Positions 8,998 through 16,621 of a stretch of 57,657 nucleotides of DNA are shown piece by piece. Both the position numbers and the translations under genes were made by a program. This DNA is from a virus (lineage: Duplodnaviria; Caudoviricetes): IMG/VR virus record IMGVR_UViG_3300003332_000022, positions 1 through 57,657 of that record; one strand, given 5' to 3'. Each line of letters starts with the position of its first letter. The first letter of the stretch is position 1. The notes beneath the pieces were generated by a model. It ran no database searches. It was not told the origin of the DNA and was given only the letters and a program-made list of their open reading frames with translations.

Positions 8998-9067
8998 GTA
9001 ACGTTACCAGCGGTACTTTTCAAGGTAGGTAACGTTACAGTAACGTTACAGTAACGTTACAGTAACG
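8998..9067. repeat. Tandem 11-bp repeats of the palindrome GTAACGTTAC(A)
   Basis: One copy at 8998-9007, then three full and one partial copy at 9029-9067. Confidence 0.9.
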
Positions 9068-9089
9068 ATTGAAAACAACTAAAAATTCA

Positions 9090-9330
9090 GGCCACCCGTG
9101 TGGACGCTTTTTACTAGTTGGGGCACCCTGGACAAAATTTTTTGGGCGAGTTGACCACCCGCCCATTCGCTTTTTACTCCATCGCCTCGACCCAAATTTC
9201 AATATCTTCTTCGCTAGACAACACCAAAAGATCAGTTACAACCCTCAAGGGCAATTCACTCTTATTAACATTAGCAAAATCAATGGCCACCCAATGATCA
9301 TCTTTCAATAGGATCTTAGATACCCTCAAA
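9090..9330 (+). repeat. ~32-33-bp-phased array of GRCCACCC-N9-CTTTTTACT-like sites
   Basis: Starts at 9090, 9121, 9153, 9186, 9285 and 9318; full matches at 9090, 9153 and also 8424. Confidence 0.65.
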
Positions 9331-9395
9331 TCCATACTCATCAACATTAAAGTATAATTCTCCTATTCTAAAAGGTTGTATCTACCCTTAGCAAT

Positions 9396-9453
9396 CGTTT
9401 AAAGCGGGTAAATAATCTGTTCATATACCTCCCCTATAACTTACTATAGGGGA
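9396..9453. repeat. Dispersed intergenic palindromic element, copy 1
   Basis: CGTTTAAAG-N25-TCCCCTATA-N6-TATAGGGGA. Confidence 0.7.
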
Positions 9454-9462
9454 TAGGTTTAA

Positions 9463-9669
9463 TCAATTTTCTAAGGGGGTTAAATCGATTTGATAGTCAC
9501 AAACAGGGCATATACCATCTTCTATATGCATTGGGAGGGAATATATAGAACAATTAGGGCATTGGATTGCCCTTCTTACTTGGATTAATTTTTTGAGATC
9601 TTGGAGATTTTCAACAACCACTTGGGCTATTGAATTGGCTCTATTATACACTTCAATTTTTTCTCTCAT
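9463..9669 (-). CDS. Small zinc-ribbon protein
   Basis: CPNC...CPVC. Confidence 0.6.
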   Translation of the reverse strand: MREKIEVYNRANSIAQVVVENLQDLKKLIQVRRAIQCPNCSIYSLPMHIEDGICPVCDYQIDLTPLEN

Positions 9670-9768
9670 CTTTTTTAACCTTTTTGATTTTTTGATTTTC
9701 GTAATATTAGCTAAAATAGCTATTTCAATTCTTGAAAGAAACGACTTAATTTGAGAAGGGATTACGAC

Positions 9769-9984
9769 TTACGACCTTGCCTCTTGTCCATAATTCAGTT
9801 CTTGTTCAATGGACCCTATGTCAGGGCCACGAACAATAACAATAAGATCTCCCTCTTCGCAAGAGATCAGGTGGTTGTATTTCTTTCCGAAATACTCGTC
9901 ATCTGCGTTGGCAATATAGCTCCCGCAAAAAAAGTTATTATTTTTTTTTGCGTCGGCTATTGCTTTCCCTAATAAAATTTTCAT
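9769..9984 (-). CDS. Hypothetical protein
   Basis: ATG 9984 (MKILLGK) after an AAGGGA SD. Confidence 0.55.
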   Translation of the reverse strand: MKILLGKAIADAKKNNNFFCGSYIANADDEYFGKKYNHLISCEEGDLIVIVRGPDIGSIEQELNYGQEARS

Positions 9985-10107
9985 GTTTCCCTTTTTTTTG
10001 AGTTTTTGGATTAAAGTTCTTTCTCGACAGCTAGTCAAGCCCAACTACAAGGAGCAATTTCACAATTATCACTAAAGTCACAAAGTTTAATTTGGTCTTG
10101 ATTGAGT

Positions 10108-10263
10108 TTAAAACCAAATCGAATTTATTCCTTTTAAGCACAATTCTTCATTTTCGTATTTCCTTATTAATGAAATGCGTCTAAGAGCTTCATCAAAATC
10201 AATTAACTTTGATATGTAGTCTTCCTTAACGCCATTCATCAAAAGCTTAATTTCTTCTTTCAT
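10108..10263 (-). CDS. Hypothetical protein (51 aa)
   Basis: MKEEIKLL...NSIWF; below the ORF-track cutoff. Confidence 0.45.
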   Translation of the reverse strand: MKEEIKLLMNGVKEDYISKLIDFDEALRRISLIRKYENEELCLKGINSIWF

Positions 10264-10319
10264 TTTCAACACCCGGTTTTGTGGATTTTACTACTAAGGG
10301 GCCAATTAGCCCCGATCTT

Positions 10320-10606
10320 TTATCTATCAAAGGAGCAAATAGGAGGAGAACCAAAGTAAGCCATCTTCGCATCTATCTCGTCAATAGAAAAACTTGAATC
10401 AGCAACTCGAACATTTTTAGGCTCGTCATCAATAAACAAGTAAGCCTCTTCATCTTCACTCAAATCAAAGCTCTTCAAATACTCCAAGGGCTCAATTCCG
10501 CTAGGAAGGGATACAACTTTCCAAGGGGTCAAATCCTCTCTCGGATATTCTTGGTCATCTTCCCCACCAAGTAGAACGCTATAAAATTGGTAAAGTTAAA
10601 TTTCAT
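10320..10606 (-). CDS. Hypothetical protein with an apparent 1-nt deletion near codon 4
   Basis: Strong SD and ATG at 10606 stop after 25 codons; the -1 frame opens immediately (LYQFYSVLLGGEDD...) and runs to 10320. Confidence 0.5.
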
Positions 10607-10653
10607 TTTATCTCCTTTTAGGTTATTGTTTGAGTTCTTACTCGTTATATTTT

Positions 10654-10682
10654 ATTCTACCTAGCGGAAGTTGAAAAGTAAA
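10654..10682 (-). promoter_or_regulatory. Sigma70-type promoter TTTACT-17-TAGAAT
   Basis: Promoter family member; shares a 15-bp downstream block with the 8090 promoter. Confidence 0.65.
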
Positions 10683-10843
10683 GGAGTTGAATTGATTTAT
10701 CTTTTTTAAATCAACTACATCCAAGACCCGAACTTGAATATTTTAGGTTGGTGAAATGCGAGTTTTCAATCCAACGCCCGGTCGTGAATATTTTACATGC
10801 CAACTGGCCATTTTTGGGTGGTGAAATGTGTAAATGGTGGTGA

Positions 10844-10972
10844 TTAGTCAAACTTAACATAAACATTAGTTAAACTTAGTCTAAGTTTGACTTAACATGA
10901 ACATTAGTTAAACTTAACATCAAATCAAATCTATAAAATAATAGATTTTGAAATCTATAAAATAATAGATTT
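10844..10972. repeat. Direct and palindromic repeat cluster
   Basis: 27-bp direct repeat ACTTAACATRAACATTAGTTAAACTTA (10852-10878, 10890-10916); two identical 22-bp palindromes AAATCTATAAAATAATAGATTT (10927-10948, 10951-10972). Confidence 0.85.
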
Positions 10973-10981
10973 CATCCAGGC

Positions 10982-11012
10982 AAAAAAAATTGGAGCGATA
11001 TTTCGCTCCAAT
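10982..11012 (-). terminator. Rho-independent terminator
   Basis: Minus strand ATTGGAGCGA-AATA-TCGCTCCAAT followed by a T-run, just after the 11021 stop. Confidence 0.8.
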
Positions 11013-11020
11013 CTTAAAAT

Positions 11021-11371
11021 CTATTTCTTTTTTGAAATTGATTTTTTTGGGCTAGCTAATTTTTTTGCTAGCTTGATTCCTTCGTCTGAGGCCTTTTTGA
11101 TATAAGTCGCTTTTTGTCCTCGATAAAAACTTGGGCCGGATTTTTTCAAAATTCGCAAAGTTGTTCGAATTAAACTTTGCTCTCTGGCTTTGATTCTTAC
11201 TTCGTAACCGTTTTTGGTTTTGATTGGAGTTTTTTGATTTAAGACTTCGCAACCGTTTTTGGTAAAGTCAATAATTGAAGCTTGAAGAAGACCCAAATTT
11301 TCAAAAGCGATCGTATAAACTACGCCAGATTTTGAAGAAGATCCACGAACCATTTTAATTTGACTTTTCAT
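11021..11371 (-). CDS. Basic Lys-rich protein, monocistronic
   Basis: Has its own promoter, SD and terminator. Confidence 0.65.
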   Translation of the reverse strand: MKSQIKMVRGSSSKSGVVYTIAFENLGLLQASIIDFTKNGCEVLNQKTPIKTKNGYEVRIKAREQSLIRTTLRILKKSGPSFYRGQKATYIKKASDEGIKLAKKLASPKKSISKKK

Positions 11372-11505
11372 TTTATTCCTTTTTTTGAATTTTTGGATTT
11401 TTGGATTTTGAGCAAAATTTTTGGGAAGTAGATATTTTTTGTACCGGCTTATCCCGGATCCAGCTTCTCAGCTCCTTTGAGGTGTTTCCCTGACCTCTAT
11501 TTATA

Positions 11506-11534
11506 ATACTACTCTGGAAAAATCAGAAAGTAAA
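11506..11534 (-). promoter_or_regulatory. Sigma70-type promoter TTTACT-17-TAGTAT
   Basis: Promoter family member; IHF-like TATCAGGAGTTTA at 11563-11575 and an AT-rich tract lie upstream. Confidence 0.65.
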
Positions 11535-11860
11535 GAAAAAAAGATCAGAAAATCGCCTGTAATATCAGGAGTTTAGTAAAATAATTAAAATAAAATGATT
11601 TAAATAGGATAAAAATAAATGAAAATAAATAAAAATAAAATGAAAATAGTTTAGTTAGGTTTGAAAAATCTAGCTAAACCGATAATTATCGCAAAAATCG
11701 TTTTCTATCGGTTTAAATCGCAGAAATCTGTTTCTGGTAAATAATGGAAAGTAAAGGGTTTCAGCCTTATTTATTCTAATGCTATCTATTAGCCAGACTT
11801 TATTAGCCAAACTTAATTGCTTAGTTAAGTATAGCTAATGGGAAAAAATTACCTGTTGGG

Positions 11861-12110
11861 TGTTTGTATATACTAATTGGAATTGTTTGCCTATACTAAA
11901 TGATAATGTTCGCATATACTAATTTGAATTGTTAGTATATAAGAAATGGAAATGTTCGTATTGGCTAACTTGTAATGTTAGTATATACGAATTGTTTTGT
12001 TTAGTATATACGAAATGATAATGTTTGTATAGGCAAACTTGAATTGTTTGCGTTAGCAAATTTGTAATGTTCGTATACGCAAAAAAGTATTGTTTGCCCT
12101 AACAAACATC
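11861..12110. repeat. Eleven tandem degenerate 23-bp repeats with palindromic core TTHGTATATACDAA
   Basis: Units start at 11861, 11884, 11907, 11930, 11953, 11976, 11999, 12022, 12045, 12068 and 12091, an exact 23-bp period. Confidence 0.9.
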
Positions 12111-12212
12111 CAACCAACCCTATTATTCTCACCCCTGGTTGCTACCGCGCACTAACCACTCGAATACCATCACCCCCATGTCCTGTCTAAAAAATTTTTT
12201 CAATTTTTTTTC

Positions 12213-12241
12213 TTTACTAATCAATTCCCCCCAACTATACT
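12213..12241 (+). promoter_or_regulatory. Promoter TTTACT-17-TATACT; probable leaderless transcript
   Basis: The endolysin ATG lies 7 nt after the -10 box, with no SD. Confidence 0.6.
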
Positions 12242-12247
12242 AATAAT

Positions 12248-12619
12248 ATGAATACAAATTGGGGAGCATTCAAAACACATTTCAAACCAGAAGAGTTCGC
12301 TGATCCAACAGGCGCCAACGGCATGAACGAAGACTTCATGTCTAAACTGTTCTCAGCCAGGGTATTGGCCGATACATCTTTCAAAATAACCTCTGGGTTT
12401 AGAACCCCAGAACATAACGCTAAAGTAGGTGGCTCTAAAACATCTTCTCACTTGTTTGGCCTAGCAAGCGATATAGAAGCACACAATTCAATAAAGCGGA
12501 GCCTAATCATTTCTTCATTGCTAGAAGTTGGCTTCACAAGAATAGGAATTGGCGCCACTTTTATACACGTTGATTTGGATCCTATAAAAACGCAAAATGT
12601 CATTTGGCTATATCAATGA
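12248..12619 (+). CDS. Endolysin, peptidase M15A family
   Basis: HFKPEEF, ITSGFR..HN..VGG...SSH..G.A.DI, FIHVD zinc-peptidase motifs. Confidence 0.9.
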   Translation: MNTNWGAFKTHFKPEEFADPTGANGMNEDFMSKLFSARVLADTSFKITSGFRTPEHNAKVGGSKTSSHLFGLASDIEAHNSIKRSLIISSLLEVGFTRIGIGATFIHVDLDPIKTQNVIWLYQ

Positions 12620-13758
12620 AAAAAATTTTTTTATTTTTTTTAATAATCATTTTGACCACTTCTTGTAAGGATATTGCTGATAAGTGGTTTGGAACATCAT
12701 CTTCAACTCCAAATCCTGTTCCTATTGGGACAGACACCACTTTTACACAAGCAGAATTAGATGATAAAATTTCCTTATATATAAGTGCACAAGAAAAACA
12801 TATAGATTCTTATAACTTGATTCTACCAAAGCTCGATAACACTTTTGTGCAACAAGGAGATGCGGCAACTTGGACGGCGGCAACTATTTCCACTAATTGT
12901 ATGCTAAAACAAGATGTTACTTCTTTATGGCAAGGGATGAAGGGCATCCAACTGTCTAGCGGAACATTAATAAGGCACCCTTTAGATGTTGGAGGAACGT
13001 CAATATCCAAGGATTTAATTGCCTTATGGCTATCGATGGGTGCAATAGCTTATCATACAGATTGTGAACCTGTTAAAAGTGAATTTGGGGCGTCATTAAT
13101 TAAATTTATTGAATATGGTAGAGATAATAATTGGGAATACGGGCTAGCGGGTAGAAAAGATTTATCGACTACTCTTTTAGTTGGTAGGCAAGCTTTAAAG
13201 GCTGTTTCTAGCCTTTATAATCTAGGTTATAGCGATAGTGCCTTAAATATGAATACTTCGATAAGCAATGTTTTAACTAATGCCTCGATGGCTGACTTTA
13301 TTAATGAAAATTACTATAAATGTCATCGAAATGCTGATCAAGTTGCTTGTTTACGCATTGTAGACCAAGGAGTTTTTGGCAATCACTTAACCTTCCAAAC
13401 AATTTTAATTCATTATATCGAAGCTTTACATGTGGAAGATCCAGTTTATAAATTAAAATATTTAAAGCTTTCTCTTGAGTCTTTGGCTAGAGTGGGTGAT
13501 AATATTGGTTATAACAACTGGTTATTTGTCTCAGCCTATCGTAAACTGGTTCTTCAAACTGATGCAAACGATGATATTTTTAGCTTTTTATACCACAAAT
13601 TTCCTGATTCACTTCCTACTGAGAAGGTAGGAGTTGAAGGTTGGGGCTGTACAGACTTTATTTGGCAAAGAGTTCCAGGGGAAAATTGTAATAATAGCAA
13701 CTTAACTCATATTGGAACTGATTTCTTAATGGTAGTTGGCATTTTAAAAGGACTATAA
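12616..13758 (+). CDS. Large lipoprotein of unknown function
   Basis: MKKIFLFFLIIILTTS|C signal-peptidase-II lipobox; ATG overlaps the endolysin stop. Confidence 0.7.
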   Translation: MKKIFLFFLIIILTTSCKDIADKWFGTSSSTPNPVPIGTDTTFTQAELDDKISLYISAQEKHIDSYNLILPKLDNTFVQQGDAATWTAATISTNCMLKQDVTSLWQGMKGIQLSSGTLIRHPLDVGGTSISKDLIALWLSMGAIAYHTDCEPVKSEFGASLIKFIEYGRDNNWEYGLAGRKDLSTTLLVGRQALKAVSSLYNLGYSDSALNMNTSISNVLTNASMADFINENYYKCHRNADQVACLRIVDQGVFGNHLTFQTILIHYIEALHVEDPVYKLKYLKLSLESLARVGDNIGYNNWLFVSAYRKLVLQTDANDDIFSFLYHKFPDSLPTEKVGVEGWGCTDFIWQRVPGENCNNSNLTHIGTDFLMVVGILKGL

Positions 13759-13759
13759 G

Positions 13760-13966
13760 GTGATTATGGACTATATGATAGATTTAGGCATTGCTTATTA
13801 TCCTCAAGTTGGGATAGGATTGGCTATTTTAGCGGTAATTTATGGTGGGGCTAAAGCCATTGCTAAAATAACACCTACTAAAAAGGATGATAAGATTGTT
13901 GAAAAGCTCGAAAAAGCCGGCATTGGTAAATTTCTTTCAAGATTTAATCCTTTAAATAAAAAGTAA
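13760..13966 (+). CDS. Putative holin
   Basis: One hydrophobic helix, IAKITPTKKDDKI motif, basic C-terminus; next to the endolysin. Confidence 0.65.
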   Translation: MIMDYMIDLGIAYYPQVGIGLAILAVIYGGAKAIAKITPTKKDDKIVEKLEKAGIGKFLSRFNPLNKK

Positions 13967-16608
13967 TGGCAGGATATCCTAACTTCAAAAAAATTCTTCA
14001 CAAACGTGCTCAAAAGATCATTAAGATTAAGAGTGATCCTAGACTTATGCGTGGTGCTTGGCACTATTATAAGGATAGGCCTGTTGAATATATTTGTGAT
14101 TGGGGTGTTACTTATGATCCTAGAAATGCGGGTACAGATATTCCTACCTTAATGCCATTTGTTCCATTTAAACGTCAAAAAGAGTTTATAAGATTTCTGT
14201 ATGCGTGTCTGCTAGATCAAGAAAATGGTGGATGTGAGAAATGTCGTGACGTTGGAGCGACTTGGATAGCGGCAAATTTCAGTGATTGGCTATGGAGATT
14301 TCACCCAGGGTCTGCTATAGGTTGGGGATCTCGTAAAGAGAGTTTAGTTGATAAAATGGGAGATCCTGATTCTATATTCGAGAAGATTAGAATGGTTCAG
14401 GAGAATATCCCCTCATTTTTACAGCCAAAAGGATGGAATTCAAAGGTTCATGCTACCTATATGAAGATAATTAATCCTGAAAATGGGTCTACGATAACCG
14501 GAGAAGCGGGTGACAACATTGGTAGAGGCGGGAGGAAAACCATATATTTTAAAGACGAAGCCCAACCATTAACCTCTAAGGTATTAACTCCTACTGGATT
14601 TAAATTAATGGGTGATATAGAGGTTGGCTCTATTATATCTCATCCATATAATGGTACCTCTAAAGTTACTCAGATAAAAGAGTTTGAATCAGTGGAAACA
14701 TTTAGATTTAAATTCAGCGATGGAATGATTGCCGAGTGTAGTCCAAATCATTTATGGGAAGTAACAAAAACTTGGGGCAAAAAGAAAAAGTTTATAACTT
14801 CAGCAAAAGCATTATATGAAGATTATGTCTATAATAGCCCAGGTGGCCAAAAACAATATAAGTATAGGATTCCTATCTGCGATGTTATAGAATTTGACTC
14901 AAAAGAAGAATTGCCTCTTGATCCTTATTTAGTTGGAGCTTTAATAGGTGATGGCTCTGTTCATAAAGTGCCCAATGCTACTCCTGGTTTTACTACTGCT
15001 GATGAATTTATGGTTCAAGAATTTGAGAGGCTGTTGCCAGAAGGTGTAGAGATTATGAATAGAGGTGGTTATGCTTATAGCATTTGTGATGTTATTGGAG
15101 TCAAATCTAATAGGTTTAATAAAAGCAGAGCCAGAAAAGTAGTTGGGGATTCAGGGATAGGTGGATGCTTATCCTATCAAAAGTTTATTCCAGATGCATA
15201 TAAATATTCGACTCCTGAAAATAGGTTTGATTTATTACAAGGGTTGATGGATACTGATGGATGTGGTTCTGGAGTTGCTAGTTTTCATACATCTTCTGAG
15301 AAGTTAGCAAATGATGTATTGTTTCTAGTTCAGTCTTTAGGTGGGACTGCTACTTATAATATAAAGCCAAATGAGATGCATAGAGATATGTATGTATTAC
15401 ATCTAGCTTTACCAAAGTGGCCTGCTCCTTTTAGACTTGAAAGAAAGATTGCATCCCTTAACCCAAGAAAACATCCAGTGGGCAGAGCTATTATTTCAAT
15501 TGAGCTGTTAGAAGCTCAGCCTATGAGGTGTATTTCTGTAGATTCTAAAGATGGATTATACTTAACTGACAACTTTGTAGTAACCCATAATTCAGCCCAT
15601 TATGAAAGACCTGAAAAAATCGAAGCTGCTCTCGGTGATAATACTAACATACAAATTGACATCTCTTCAGTTAATGGGCCTACTACTGTATTTCAAAGAA
15701 GAATTGACGCAGGAGAGGTATGGGAGCCTGATTCTACTCCAAGAAAAGGAGCGACCAGAGTTTTTATCTTTGACTGGTCAGACCATCCATTAAAAACCCA
15801 GGAATGGTATGATACAAGAAGAGCAAGAGCAGTTGAAGAAGGGTTGCTTCATATATTTGCTCAAGAGGTTGATCGAGATGCCACTGCTGCTGTTGAAGGA
15901 ATTTTAATTCCTGGTAATTGGGTTACTGCTATTATTGATGCTCATATTAAACTGAATATTCCTATTACTGGAAAGAAGATTGCCGCTTTTGATGTAGCTG
16001 ACGGTGGAGAAGATAAACAGGGTTTATCTTTAAGGCATGGTATTCTACAGTATATTTCTGATAAGTGGGATGCTCCAGATGTAGGTGTAGCTACTCAAAA
16101 AGCATTATTCAGGTGTAAAAGAGAAAGGGTTACATCCCTACAATATGATAATATTGGTGTTGGATCTGGGGTTAAGTCTGAGATTAATAGGCTGGAAAGA
16201 GAAAAATTATTGCCTAAAAGTCTTGATGTAGTTGGGTGGAACGCTTCTGGAAAGGTATTAAAACCTAATGCCAGAGTGATAAGAGGTGATAAACAATCAC
16301 CTAGAAACAAAGATTTTTATGCTAATTTAAAGGCTCAAGGGTGGTGGCAATTGCGATTGCGTTGCGAAAAGACATTTAAAATGATTAATCAGGTAGCTGA
16401 ATATCCTGTTGATGAGCTTATTAGTCTTGATTCTAATATGAAAGGGTTACAGGAACTGAGAAAAGAACTGTCTCAGCCAACTTATTCTATAAATGGTGCT
16501 GGCAAGTTAGTTATTGATAAGAAGCCTGATGGGATGAAGTCTCCTAATAGAGCGGATGCGACTATGATGAATTACTGGCCTAAACACAAAAGACAAGTCT
16601 TCATTTAA
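13966..16608 (+). CDS. terL: Terminase large subunit, intein-containing
   Basis: EKCRDVGATW (Walker A-like), YFKDE|SAH Walker B split by an intein, nuclease AFDVADGGED and SPNRADA. Confidence 0.92.
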   Translation: MAGYPNFKKILHKRAQKIIKIKSDPRLMRGAWHYYKDRPVEYICDWGVTYDPRNAGTDIPTLMPFVPFKRQKEFIRFLYACLLDQENGGCEKCRDVGATWIAANFSDWLWRFHPGSAIGWGSRKESLVDKMGDPDSIFEKIRMVQENIPSFLQPKGWNSKVHATYMKIINPENGSTITGEAGDNIGRGGRKTIYFKDEAQPLTSKVLTPTGFKLMGDIEVGSIISHPYNGTSKVTQIKEFESVETFRFKFSDGMIAECSPNHLWEVTKTWGKKKKFITSAKALYEDYVYNSPGGQKQYKYRIPICDVIEFDSKEELPLDPYLVGALIGDGSVHKVPNATPGFTTADEFMVQEFERLLPEGVEIMNRGGYAYSICDVIGVKSNRFNKSRARKVVGDSGIGGCLSYQKFIPDAYKYSTPENRFDLLQGLMDTDGCGSGVASFHTSSEKLANDVLFLVQSLGGTATYNIKPNEMHRDMYVLHLALPKWPAPFRLERKIASLNPRKHPVGRAIISIELLEAQPMRCISVDSKDGLYLTDNFVVTHNSAHYERPEKIEAALGDNTNIQIDISSVNGPTTVFQRRIDAGEVWEPDSTPRKGATRVFIFDWSDHPLKTQEWYDTRRARAVEEGLLHIFAQEVDRDATAAVEGILIPGNWVTAIIDAHIKLNIPITGKKIAAFDVADGGEDKQGLSLRHGILQYISDKWDAPDVGVATQKALFRCKRERVTSLQYDNIGVGSGVKSEINRLEREKLLPKSLDVVGWNASGKVLKPNARVIRGDKQSPRNKDFYANLKAQGWWQLRLRCEKTFKMINQVAEYPVDELISLDSNMKGLQELRKELSQPTYSINGAGKLVIDKKPDGMKSPNRADATMMNYWPKHKRQVFI
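14560..15591 (+). mobile_element. Class-3-type intein with LAGLIDADG homing endonuclease (344 aa)
   Basis: Starts Ala (AQPL), ends THN|S; block B SPNHLW, block F MRCISV, block G VVTHN; LAGLIDADG motifs YLVGALIGDGS and LLQGLMDTDG. Confidence 0.9.
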
Positions 16609-16621
16609 CCCATAAAACTTA

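Noticed and set aside
9069-9311. Plus-strand 80-aa ORF after terS
   Set aside because: TTG start without SD; overlaps the phased repeat array, which explains its composition better.
11727-11755. Additional TTTACT promoter at 11755
   Set aside because: The -35-like box has no acceptable -10 at 17-nt spacing.
11861-12110. 23-bp array as a CRISPR or mini-CRISPR array
   Set aside because: Units are contiguous and degenerate, with no unique spacers between identical repeats and no cas operon.
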